From: Entomortierella parvispora E1425
Taxonomy: Eukaryota > Fungi > Mortierellomycota
Direction of reading: 5' to 3'
Length of the DNA: 64,000 bases
Assembly: GCA_020891255.1 (NCBI GenBank)
Contig: BQFW01000015.1
Span: 2,170,001 to 2,234,000, forward strand
Numbering within the stretch: position 1 is the first letter of the stretch; every line of letters starts with the position of its first letter. Below, piece after piece: positions 21,794 through 34,600 of the stretch. A program made the translations under genes and the position numbers. A model generated the notes under the pieces. That model was not told where the DNA came from and did no database searches. It was given only the letters and a program-made list of their open reading frames with translations.

Positions 21794-24700
21794 GTCAGAA
21801 AACTGGAGTTCCTTCAATGATTTTTCATAATACCGGGATCCATCAAAACAAAACTTACGTCTCATCTGAATCGAAAAGGCCGACATTCACGCGCGTCATC
21901 TTGAATCCACCGCCCCAAACAGTAAACCTCTCGTTCTTGTCAGCGCCGTAGTTGGGAGACGAGCTTGACTCACGACGATGAAGTTTTGACAACATGGTAG
22001 GACTGTGGCCTTGCACCATTGTGGTCGTTGACGCGTATGAGTCGCGCTTGTTGTGGGTGTAGGGCAGTCCTTCCTGGGAAATGTTCCCCTGAATAGTCGC
22101 ATACGTCGCACTGTTGGAAATCATTGGGGGCGCATGACCGTTGGCTGTGTTGTATGCGCCACCAGGGTTCATATCTGAATAAATCTCTCTCTGCGACGAA
22201 GGCGTTGTCAACGGAGATGTCATACCGCCAGGGTAGAATCGATTCGGTGTACGTCGTATTGAGGAGGCGTATGAGCTACCAAAAGTCGCTATTGTGGGTG
22301 AGACACGGTTGAGATAGGGTGATATCCTGGTGGCCGGAGTTCGGGGTCGGGCCGCGTTTGGCTCCAAGGACATGGGTGTCGTGTTGACAGGAAGACCACT
22401 CAGTGATCGCGTGGCCTGTCGACTGTTGAAGTAATCGGGGGTATCCGTCATGGGGGACTCCAAACTATGGAAGTGAGCTTGAGGCTATATTTTTCGGGGT
22501 TGAGGTGTGTCAGATAGTCTCGATTCCTGCTCAAGTCTTGCAAAAGAAAATACCACTTACTGGGGTAATGCCGGTAACAGCAATGGCGTTTTTGAATGGG
22601 TCTCTGAAGACACAAGTGAGAAGAGCCAACATCTGAATGTCGCCATGGTTCTCCAAGTAAGCAAACCTAGAAGAGATAGTTTCCAATTGTCAGTTCAACA
22701 TTCTGACTGGCAAGACTCAGTTCGACGGTCGCTATCATACTATACTTACAGTACATCAACCAGCTTCCGTCCCAAAGGATGAGTTCCCCATCGAACCTTC
22801 TGGTAGAATGTGTCCTCCAGAACAGGCACAAAAGCCAATCCACTATCCCGGCGCTGCTTTGCGTTATTGGATCGATTCATAAGATCCAACAGCTTGTCAG
22901 GGTTGGTTTGAGAGTTCATCTTTGAGATTTCTGTCCGGGTGATTTCAAAAGTCACTGGATCCATAGGTACAGACAGAGTGAGGATCAGGGCCGCCAGTTT
23001 CCAAATCTTGTAGAGATCCATCCTTCCAAGATACCGCGCCTGCATTGCGTTTTGTTCACAAATCTCTGATACATTGTCGCCATTAAGTCTATTTGTTGAA
23101 ATATACAAGAGTTAGTCACTGCAGGCGTATGAGTATAATGATTGTATGTCCTAGAGAGCATCGCGCTTACGTATAAACGGCTGCAAGACGTGGCGAAACA
23201 GGCAGCAGGTGAGTGATATCCTTGAGGTGAAGGGTGCTTCTTGACTGTGGTTGAGGTTTGAAATAAACTGGCTGATCCTTGGGTTTCCTGGTGACTCGTA
23301 CCAATTCCTGCTTAGGCTTTGCCTTGGAGAAGGCATTTGGCATTGGCCACAGGTCATCCTGATCATCGACATCCTCAACAAAACTGGATACTGCTCCCGC
23401 TAGTCCCTCGGCTCCGCTGGGCAGACGTGAGAATGCCTTGTATTCTCCCATAGAGGCGTATGTTCGAGGGTGGGTATATGTGTAGGGGGATTTGATCAAT
23501 GTACTAGTACGTCCATTGATGGGGATAGTTGAAGATGACGCATGGGGTGTCCGCAGTTTGGAGAAGAAAGCGACCAGTTTTCCTAGAATCGGACAAAAAG
23601 AAGGTCAGTCTATCAGCATCTGGTCCAGTTACAAATTTCATCCGCCGGAATTTCGTCTTACCATTCGTGGCAAACACAGCTCCACAAAGACAGGGGAATG
23701 GAACTTGTTGGTCTTTCTTGTCAGCCGCGCCACTATCACGACCACGCGCCTTGCGAAGAGGGTTGACAATGGTATCATCCTCATCTGAGTCATCTAGGCC
23801 TTTGTCCAAGACCTCATCTCGTTTATCTTCTCCGAGAAGACAGCGTATAATCGCCTCCAGACAGGGAAGATCACGCGCGGCGTGGGTTGCAGCGATATGA
23901 TCCAAATTTGCAGCAATCTGTGCTCGTGTCGCCATCGAGAGCATTCCTGATTTCTGAATCTCAAAGGTAGGAGGCGCATGCTTGGGATAAAACTGAGGAA
24001 AAGAGATGTTGACTCGCAAAAACGAAACGCCTTCGTTTTGGCGTAAACTGTTGAGACTGATCGTACAAGTCCGTCCTGTAACATTGACCTTTTCAAACTT
24101 GACGTTCTGGAATTTTTGACCCACGGCCGCGATCTCTGTAGCGACGGTGTGAGGAGAGGACTGGTTGGGAAGGCCGAGGTCACCACTAGGCTTTACCATG
24201 CGGACACCCTGCATCCATACCAGCGGCGAAGGGGCCTTTCTATCCCGGTAAAATCCAGCTTGATTGCCCAAGGGCCCTATAGATCTTGTTGACATGGAGG
24301 TGCGGAGAGGACTCATCGTTGACAACCTGTTGCCCGCCAATACACGCAAGGTTGATACTGCCCGTGAAGGTGTGGCTGTCGTGTTGATTGGCGCAGGGTC
24401 CCGGAAAGATTGATTTTCGTGTGATGGAGGATAAGGCGCCAGTTCTGCTGCCGCGGTTGCCTTGTGATCCATTGCGTCCAACATCTGTGTGCTGATCGGC
24501 CAAAGTCGTAAATGTTGGTCCTTGGACCAAGTCACAAGTTGGAATAAACGTTGATCGGGGTCATCTCCTACATCACGAACTCTCCAGACAAACTCCTTGA
24601 CAGTATCGGTGTGGCCTTCAAATTTACAGACGGGTTCAGAAGATCGGTCCCGATTCCACAATGAGAGGGCAGTTTCTGTTCGTTGAGGCATTGTCAATAT

Positions 24701-25997
24701 TCCATGGCCGAATGGTGTATGTCGAGCTCTCCAGACTGGGGATTTGGTGACAATTTCGTTGTTGGGTCGACTTGGGTCATCAATGTCCCAAAATTTGACC
24801 ATCTTGTCCAAACTGCAGGTTACGATATGGTTCTTGTGCTTCCGACTCCAGTCGATTCCATTAATCTTTTGCTTGTGCGCCTGAATACTGATAAAGGGCG
24901 ATGATCCTTTTCGCATATCCCAGACTTCCACTTTGGTATCGTGCGCCGATGCGAGCGTATATTCGTCCTTACGGTTGAATTTTACCACAGTGGCAGCAGC
25001 TAAAATATCAGGCATATGCTGTCAGTTTGTGCAGAGTCACAATAGGCCTGCTAGTCGCTGAATTAATTCTCACCTGTCCATGCACAGAAAGAGTTGGCGG
25101 GCTTCTTTGGTGTCCTCAAATCCCAAAGGTGAACAAATGTGTCCACAGAGCAAGTCGCCAAGAGATCTGAATGAAAAGGCGACCAGTTAATGTCGCTGAT
25201 AGCACGACTATGGGCGTGGAGAATGAGTTCAACAGCACGAGGGGCAGAGTGGGCAAGGTTCCAGATCAGTGCCTTTTGGTTCGACTACATGACGATGATG
25301 GAGAGCGATGGTCAATATTGGTCTTTCACTCTGTATCTCGTTGTTGATGCGTCCATTGTACTTACTGTCGATGCAATCCAGTTCTCTCGACTGTAATGGG
25401 GATTCCATTGGACGTCAGCTACCTCCCATTTTGTCAGGTGGTGAAGAACACGAGGCGGCTCGTACGGGTTTTCGAGATCGATAATGAAAAGTCCCTTCCT
25501 CCTGTGAAATGTTGATTGAGACATGTTAATGTCGGCTTTCTGGTTAACTATGGCCCCTCCAGGCCAGTCTTTATCTTGAAGACAGGATCGAAAACTTACG
25601 CTGCCAAGACGACATCGCGGCTGCTGGGCGATATACTCATGCTCCCCACAGGTTGTTCAACGTGAATGGAGAGCTGCTGTGTCATCGTATCCACAAAGGA
25701 GCCATTATTGAAAGCAGGCGCCTTTGGTAAAATTGAGGATCCAGGATTACCGTTGATGGTAAATTGGGATCCAAGAGAGGTCGAGAGAGGCGGAAGAGGA
25801 TTGGCTCCTCCATGGCGTGCACCAGACAATCGTCCACTGTGCTTTCTTTCGAGACCATTCCTCCGCGTTTTGTCATCCGTCTGGTCGACGACTTCTGCTG
25901 GAGAGAGGCGATTCTGCAGATCCTCTCCTTCCTCTGGGTCTGGCTCCTCTCCTTTGTCGTTTATGCTGTTGATGTTCCCTGTCCTGTCCGTGTTCAT
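21135..25997 (-). CDS. WDR59: GATOR2/SEACAT subunit WDR59 (Sea3/Mtc5): WD40 propeller, RWD domain, C-terminal RING-like zinc domain; multi-exon
   Basis: GLFIIDLENPYEPPRVLHHLTKWEVADVQWNPH; AHKQKINGIDWS; FEGHTDTVKEFVWR..QLVTWSKDQHLRLW; RWD-like FPQFYPKHAPPTF; VPFPCLCGAVF; C-terminal CSICH..C..CAHGGHADH..EWF..CPTGCGCHC. Splice junctions verified at 25599 and 23661/23583. Confidence 0.93.
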
Positions 25998-26527
25998 TGT
26001 AATGGAAGCACAAGTGGCATCATCGGCGGTTGGGAATGAGGTTGGAACAGGCGCAATTCAAGAAAGCGGCAACTTTGGTTCACTGATCACGGGATTTATT
26101 TAGAGATCATGTGACTATTTGAGAGTCCAGTGGGGTTTCCTTGCAACCTTGGATCCTGAAATGACTCCTGGAGGTAACAACAGATCATAACAGTCCGCGG
26201 TATCGTTTTTTACACAGAATGTCCTGTTTCAACAGAAAGTCCTGATAAACTCCGGCTCCCAAGCGTCCTTTCCAGCTGGATCTTTCCTTGTTCCGTGCAC
26301 ACGCTGTCCCTTTCACAAGTTCGTCCTGATCTTGGTCCACGTTACAAATACAAACGACTGTTTTCGTCCCGATGGTTAACTCCTCCTAATCTTGGTCTCT
26401 TCCTGAGAAATATCCCAATTGATCCAGTGTTGTTGATAAAAAAAATAAAAATAAAAAAAAAAAAGTCTGGTCGACGATCCTGCCCTTGAACGCCCATCCT
26501 GATTTCCAATCGCCCATGTGGGTTGGA

Positions 26528-28437
26528 TTAAGAAGCGTGGGAGAAATGATACTGACTGAGACCAATGTTACCCTGCGCATCTCGGATAATGACACCACGA
26601 ATAGTGCCAAGGACTTCGTGTGGTTCGGGCATGGAGAGCCTTGGTGCCTCGCTGGGTCCTGCCATAAAATCGGTGGGCAAAGGAACGGCCTTATGACGTC
26701 CGTGTTGACCTGAACTGAAGGGCTGAAGTTGAAGTGCAGTCCCCACATGCTGAGCAGCTGCTGACGACATATCCCAGGCCCCAGTGGCAGATCCTCCATA
26801 GGCGTAAGCAGCGGCAGCAGCAGCGGCGGCGGGGTCTTGAGCGTACGCTGCATATGGATAGCCAGAATAGTCTGCCTGTCCAGCAACGGGGTATCCCTGG
26901 ACCTGACCATATGCTCCATATGCCGCATGGGCCGCTTGCATATCGGCCTGTGGTTGTTGGCCAGGATAGTGCTGGGCGTAAGCAGGGTTGGAGCTGTGAG
27001 CTGTGAGTTGTGATGATGCGTCATAGGCTGGCTTGGGAGGAAGTGAAGGGTGAGCTGTGAGAGGTGAAGCACCAGGTCCAGCATGCCTGACATCGCGGGC
27101 AGGATCACGTCTTCTGTCATCGTAGCGAGAGCTGCCTGCTGGTGGTGGTGGAAGGCCACGTTCTCTGTACTCTCTGGGATCGCGCATGTCACGAACATCC
27201 CTCATATCGGGGCGACCTGAGGGTGGGGGTCCAGGAGGACCTCTCATGTCGCGGGGGTCTCGGCGATCATAATCGCCTCGATGGTAATCGCCACGTCTCT
27301 CACCGTAGTAGTCATCTCGATAGGGTCCCCTTTCATAGTCGCGGTAGGTTCTATGGTCGCGGAAACCAGGTGCTGCAGCACCAGGTGGTCCATAAGCCGG
27401 GCTGCCTGACGAAGGCCGACTTGGGGCATATGGGTGAGAGCGAGCGCCAGGAGGTCCTGTGGGACGTCCACTGCGTCCTGGGAATGGTGCCTGTGTTGCC
27501 CTTCCTGCTCTCCTTGGCTCAACCTCAGCGCGTTTGTATAACGTATCCCAGACACGAAGTACAGAGTTCAGTTCCTCATTCCTGGCTGTCGTCTCTGGGT
27601 TCTCTTCTTCAGCCTCTTGAGCCCGGGGTTTGATGCTATCCAGGTACAAGTCAACTCTAATGTCATGAACGGCGTCATCATAGCTCTTGAATACAGAAGA
27701 CTCGTCTTCAAACCGTTGCTTGATGATCTACGGGGAAGAACAAGGAAAATATTGTAACATTAGAGGTGCTCGGTTTGGAAGGTATCAGCATCCAATCAAC
27801 CATAGTCATAGCCCATACATCTCTCTCTGGATCGACGTCCTTGAGGAGCTCTTTGCCTTCTTCATCCAATTCATCGACCACGCGATCGCGGGCAGAAGTC
27901 AATACGAACTCATTTGAGAACGTGCGAAGATCAGCCGCAAGAGCCTTCTTGTCGCTTAATACCGCATGAATCTCCTCTGATGCCTTTTTACTCAAGCTCC
28001 CGTAGATGTGCTAGTTGAGTTGAAAGGCAATAGAAAAGGAGATCAGAAATCGCCATGACAGACATCCATGTCGTCGTCGCAAAATTTGTACCTACCTGTT
28101 TACTGCAGTCCTGGAGGAGCAAATGAAGTGGCTGTCCTGTCCGGCGGGGTCGTCGCCTCAGTTGAGGGGCAGGTGCAGCGGGTCTAGGTGGGTATGACGA
28201 AGATCTCTCTTGCTCTGATGACTGAGCCTCATGAAGTTCCTCGGTTTGCTCCTCTTCCTTAATAGAGGGGGGTGCGGACATGCTCTGGGTATCCTCAGCA
28301 GGGGTGGTGGGCGAGTTTTCTTCGGTAGTAATCGGAGTGGGAATGGACGATTCGACAATGTCGGCAGAGACGGGGGCGACGACTTCCTCCATGGGCTGAC
28401 TTTCTTGCTCCGACTTGACTTGTTCGTGGTTCTCCAT
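26528..28437 (-). CDS. Hypothetical protein, 577 aa: acidic N-terminus, putative helical domain, RD/RG mixed-charge tract, Y/Q/A-rich tail
   Basis: Exons 28437-28096, 28010-27819 and 27727-26528 joined by canonical phase-0 introns (GTAGGT..CTAG, GTATGG..GTAG) into one open frame. No family recognised. Confidence 0.75.
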
Positions 28438-28758
28438 GGCGGGCAAGGGATATGAAGCTGCTTGTGCGAGGGTGAGTGAAGTGAAGAGAGATGCACTTTC
28501 TTTTTTTTCTGTTTGTTCAAAGGCGAGCCACAAAAAAAAAAAAAAAAAAAAAAAAAGAAAGCAGCGAGTCACATGACCATGACTGTTGCAGCACACAACC
28601 CCTTAATTAATTTAACACTCACACACACACGAGGCGCGTCCAGCGAGGCCTTGTTTATCTTCTCATCGCGTCCTGTTCTGTTTTCCCGCCCTCAAGGGAA
28701 TCTCATTCATCTTGCGCATCCCCTTTTCCCCGCTCATCCCTATCCGACAGCCAACTTC

Positions 28759-31517
28759 ATGAGCCAGGAAATCGCTCTGCACCAGGTCTTCGGGCCTGCC
28801 CTTGCCAACAACCCAACTGCAACAAGAGAATGTAAAGTCCTTTCAACACATTCGTCTCCCGGGGCACCACGGCACTTTTTTACTCAACTACCTCTTCGCT
28901 GCTTTTTCTTTTGCTCTCCTCTCCATACCCTTTTCATGATCCTAGGCTTAAACCTGCTTCACATCTTTCATCTGGAGCCTGAAACTCTTCACTCAAAATG
29001 GGAAGCTTACATCATGAACAAAACCAACGCTGGAGGTGACGAAGACGAGTCCTTGTCCTCAGCAAATCTAGAAGGGTTCAAGAGTCATCTTCGCAGAACA
29101 TTGGAGCAGCAGGCAAACATGCACCTGCAGCAAGGTTACAGCGCCCAACCCTCCTCCTCCACTTTTGCTGCAACAAAGAAGGCCACGATCAAATCCAGAT
29201 ATAACCAGGGACCAAGCGTGTCCGCTACTAGAATGAACTATGACATCGACATGGATCGCCCGAATATGTAAAGACCTACAGCCGCCTTTTTTCCTTCTTG
29301 ATTCATACAAGACATATCTATCAGTTCATACTCATAATCGCCTCCCTTGAATCACAGGCCGTCCCCGGAACGAAAGACTGGTGTTGGCATGCCTGCATCC
29401 CCCGTTAGGAACAGGACGACAAGCGGTCCAGTCGGAAGCTATTCTTCTCCAACAGAGTAAGGGCAGCGAGCAGGATCATATGATTACGAGTGAAATATTC
29501 TGTCGCGCTATTGACACGCGTCTGCTTTAACCCCTCCCACTAGACCAACACAGTCATCCATGCAGTTTGCTCAAAGGAAGAATACATCGGAAGCTGAGGA
29601 GACCTTAAACGGGAACCTTACTCTGCGAACAGAGGCACCAAAGGTCGCTGCAGACTACCGTAATTCGGTCAGTCTAGTTGTCGGTGTGAAGCCATATCGG
29701 TATATGTCTGAGAGAATTACAGAAAAGGGCAGAGGTAAGGCCTCGCATAGGCACCATGCTATTTCTCAATCGAAAATTGATCCGATTTTGGAAAGCAAAT
29801 GACTAACTTCTTCCTTTCTCACGATATACAGCTCTGGACAGCATGATCGACAACTTTGCCGAAATTTACACAAAAGCATACCCCAACACAGAGTTCGGAA
29901 ATCCAGCTTACCAATATCCAGCCCCTGTCACGGTCATTGGACGTATTTGTGCCGACACGGACGAAGGAAAGGCAAACGAGCAGTCTTTGGTCCTGGAGAC
30001 AAGTCGCTCTCTAGGCTATGGTGATCGGGTGAGGTTGGATGTGACTGAGATCCAAGGCTTTAGTTTCTTCCCGGGACAGATTGTTGTCCTGACTGGAATC
30101 AATTCTAATGGACATGCGTTTGCTGTGACAACCGTACACGAGGTATGTACTGAACTAGGATAGATCAAATATGCCAAAGTACTTTGCAGACATTTAACCA
30201 CCAATATCAAATCAAATATAGATGCCCGCCTTGCCAATGGCTGCCGCTAGCCCTCTCGAGCTCGAAGAGTTCCAATACAAAAAGCTGGGCGGACAACCTC
30301 TCAAGATGATTACTGCCGCCGGTCCTTACACGTTGAATGACAATCTTTTGTTTGAGCCTTTTGCTGCACTGATGGACCGTGTTAACAAGGAGCGACCCGA
30401 TGTATTACTGTTGGTATGTAGTCTTTGGCACTTGGGGACTATTCACCAAATGAAACTGGAAACTCAACTTTGTTGTCTGTGTTAGATCGGCCCATTTATA
30501 TCCTCTCAACACCCAGCCATCCTTTCAGGAAATGTCGACATGACGCCAGAAGAATACTTTGCAACCTACATCTCGTCTAGACTCAGTCAACATCAGGAGC
30601 GGTACCCCAAAGAGATGCAAATTCTTTTGGTGCCAAGTTTGCAGGACATTATCCACGAGACCATTGTCATGCCACAGCCCGAGTTTGAACAGAAACGCTC
30701 ATTGCGCTTGCCTGCTGTACGTCAAAGAGGCCACCCTTGTTCAATGGCCAAAAGTCTTGCTGTGGGTGTATGGGTGTACTAACGCAAACGCTTCTTTCAA
30801 TAGGGCACATACTGTTTGCCAAACCCAGCTCAGTTCACCATCAACGAAATGGTTTTTGCAGTTAATTCCACCGACATCTTGACACACCTGAGCGGTGGTG
30901 ACATCTCTAGGAACCCTCTTAGATCAGACAGAATGGGTCGACTCTCAAAGAGTATTATCGAGCAGCGCAAGTAAGTATCCACCAGGATGCAAAGAAGATG
31001 GGTCTGCCCTACGTCTTTCTCCACCAGTTCCTTAACCCAGCCTTGTATCATGAAAAATTAGCCTGCACCCCGTGTTCCCAGGGCTTGCCTCAGAACTGGA
31101 GAGCGGTATTGATTATGATCAATACGACCTAATGGACCTCAGAGTTTGCCCAGACATTGTAATCCTTCCAAGCAGATTGAGACACTTTGCCAAGGTATGA
31201 AGAGGTCGTGTTCCTACCACACAAAGAAGGACAGCACTTTCTTGTTTTTTATTTATTTTTCGCTGCCATGTTTCCAAATATTAACTCTTTCATCAAAACA
31301 ATTATCACCATAGACGGTCGACAATGTTATCATGATCAACCCGAACCAGCTTTGCAAGGGACAAACTGGGGGCACTTTTGCTGTGCTGACAATCCATCCA
31401 ATCCCACGTGAGGAATTAGAAGATGCCGCGATGATGATGGACGAAGAGGATGAGCAAAGTATGTCGACCTATCATCGCGTGTATGATCGCTGTCGTGTCG
31501 ATTTAGTCCGCGTGTAA
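28759..31517 (+). CDS. POL12: DNA polymerase alpha-primase subunit B; about 10 exons
   Basis: VTVIGRICAD..LVLETSR..G.RVRLD..FFPGQIVVL.GIN; AAGPYT..DNL.FEP; PDVLLL|IGPF; ILLVPSLQD; PNPAQFTINE; INPNQLCKG; RCRVDLVRV stop. Confidence 0.93.
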
Positions 31518-31615
31518 CAAGTACAATACAATAAATGAAAAAATGAAATAGAATACAATTTTCTCGTCTCCCTATATTCTACACATCATAACAGAGCGAT
31601 GTTAAACGGGGGGCT

Positions 31616-34600
31616 CTATGGAAGTTTTTGATCCGCAATGAATCGATCTGCAGGACCATCCGAGCGGTGATCAACAGATCGCCGAGGGGTAGTGGTGGGG
31701 CTGTTGACGATGGTGGAGGCGGGTTCTGCCTCTACAACCGGAGAGCCGTTGGCAGAGGACAACTCTTTGTCTGCATTCTGATCCTGTTGCTCCTCTGGCG
31801 CCAATGGGTCCTGCTCTGAGTGAGTCTGGCTATCTGACGGAGCCTGGGAATTCGTCTGCTGTATTTGTGTCTGTGCTGGTGCCTGAGACTCCGCATCATC
31901 CGCTTGGGCCTGGGCCTGTGCCTGAGCCCTTGCCTGCTGCAAATCTTCCTCATGGGAGGCTGGATCCAGTTCGATGCGAATGGTGGGCACTGGTGTTGTC
32001 CGGGTCGTGGTGTTCTCGGAGGGCGTGGTCGCATCATCATCTACATCGGGCGATTTGGACTCGTCCGAGTCATTCGAGCTACTCGTGTTGGAAGGATCCA
32101 AGGAATCGATATGGGCCTCCGAGTTCCTTCTTGGTGCAGCCAACGAGGGCATGACACCCACAACACTCTCATCTGGTACATCTTCCAAGATATCTTGGAT
32201 ACCCGAAACCGTCTCCAGATGGCTCGAGATCTCGCTCCAGATCTTGGACAACGCTTCCTTGTCGTAACACACCGCCTCAAACTTGGCCAAAAGATTGTCT
32301 GGAGATGGCAGACCGCTGCTTGAACTCTTGTTGTTGGAAGAGCCTGCCCCACTCAAAGAGTCTTGTCCACTACCACCGGCCTTTGTTCTATCCCATTCAC
32401 TCCGAGGATGCTCATTTGGTGCAGAATGAGAAGTCAAGAGTCGATTGGTCACCCAAAGGAATTCGCTCGGGCCATTGTACGCGATCTGGATGAAAGCAAC
32501 TCCTGTCCGATGAACATACTGTATGTTCTTGAAGGCTGCTTTACGGTACGAGTAGTTGAGCTGCTCTGCTGGAGGGTAAAGTTCATCCGACTCCGTATCC
32601 AAAATAAACCCGTGCTGCTTCACCAACTCTGTGAAAAAGTGCAACTGTGGGACCTGAACAGGCTCAGTCTGAGGATCCAGAGGTGATGCTGGTTTGTAGA
32701 ATCCTTTGGTCAGAGGGGGTCGAAGAGCCAACTTGATGGGAACGGGGCTCTCGAATGGATTGAAGGCTCTGCCTTGAGAGTCCTGCTCAATAGGGGCCTC
32801 GACCAGTCGAAGGCCACATCGCTCGGCGGTACGGCCCCAACTTTGAAGAAGATCTTCAATCAGTCTGGCCGTGCACCCTAGCCAGTGGAGGTGGAAATGG
32901 TAACAGTGCTTGATATTGTGCGCCAAGTCATAGTGCAAAATGGCGGTTTCCCGTCGAGAGCTTTTCTTGCTAGGATCCACATCAATCGTCATCCGCTTTG
33001 ACATGTCAACCTTCTTGGGCGCCATCTTACGCAGCATCTCCATCCTCTCTCGGAAAGGCGGCGGTGCCCCATTCGTTGACGGTTGAGATGTGCCTCCAGG
33101 AGCGGTCGACTGAGTGACACCACTGCCTCCGAGGACAGAGCCCAAAGTCGTGGTCGAGCCACTAGTTGAGCTGGCGGCTGCTTTGAGAGAGGGTCTTGAC
33201 TGCCTCTCTGCTGACTGGTCATGGTTCTCCCGAAGCTTTTCCAGATCAACATCCCGCCGGGTCAATGACTGTGTCGTGTTCCTGAACCAGCCTCTGGCCT
33301 GCTTTCCAGATGGAGCGTATTCACCAGAGAATTGGTAGAAATAGTGTCCATCCAAGAAATGGTGCTTGCCAAGACAATGAATGAACAACCCTTTGTCAAA
33401 GAGTTTCTTTCCAAATTCCGTCGCTTCCTCGCGCGTATCCAGGTCAACAAAGTTATGGATCAGCCAGTCCACAACCTCATTACCCAGGAACACGCTGTTG
33501 TACACTCGCAAGTGCCACCGCCTATCTTGCAGCTTGACACCAGTAAGTGGGTTCTGAATAGCCGTGGCGATGGCCTGGATCTTGGAATTGCGGTTGAGCT
33601 TTTCGGGTTCGGCTGTCGAGAGACTCTGAGACCCAAGTGAAGGACTGGCGTCCAATTCCTTTTTGTTGAGTTCTGTTTGCGCCCATGCTGCGAAACTACA
33701 GGTGATCGGCAGCACCTTCACGGACGTGTCTTGCTTCTTGGACGCCGAGCCTGGATCTTGAGGATCCACGAACCGCGCCTTTTGGAAGAGCTCGAGAAAA
33801 CGCTGGAATCCCGAGAGACGCATCTCCTCCTCGTCCAAATGTTCTCCTGCGACTGCTGTCATGTTGGTTAGAGTAATCGTCTCTAATGGGATCAGAATAA
33901 ATCTAGCACGCCAATAAAGCAGATCCTCGGTCAGCTCTTCTTGGTAGCCAGATACCAGATGGTCCAAATAGTTCCATTGGTAGTGGGAGAGGAGCGGATA
34001 GCTGAAGGTCAGATCCCTTGGCAAGTAGCCAGGCAATTTCTTGGCCCAAATAACACACTGGTATTTGACGGATTCTGGCTTATATCCGAGACGTCGCTCA
34101 TATCGCTTGACTTCTACATTGCCATGGGCCACGTCGATGGAAAGTCGATGCACCTGTTGCCCCATACTGAGGAAACAGGCTCTGTCCTTAGAGCTTCCAG
34201 GACCGTTGGTACATTCCCCGGTGTCCTTGCACGGGAACTCGTGAGCGTAAGCCTCTTCTTCAGCGTCCACAGCCCGCTTTCCAGAGCTACCGCCCGTTGT
34301 TTCTACACCAGACGTGATCAGATCAAGTTTTTGGGTCTTTGAGCTAGAGTCCACAATGAGTTGAAATCCTTGGGCTAGACGGTGGTATATGAGTTCACTC
34401 ATGAGATTCGTGGCCTTGATTCTTCGAGCTTTATCGTTCTCTGCATAGCCATCCTCACTCGGCGAAATGGTGTGAATGTATTCCGAATACAAATCCTGCA
34501 GTTCCTCTTTAGATGGGAAGTAGTCTGTCGTCAAAGGCAACGATGCCGGTGACATCAGGCCGCGCCATGCCTCAGTATTCGAAAGACCATCCGTATAAAC

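Noticed and set aside
27708-27995. Apparent frameshift or pseudogene between ORFs 27708-27995 and 26528-27649
   Set aside because: Resolved by a canonical 91-nt intron (27818-27728) that restores the frame.
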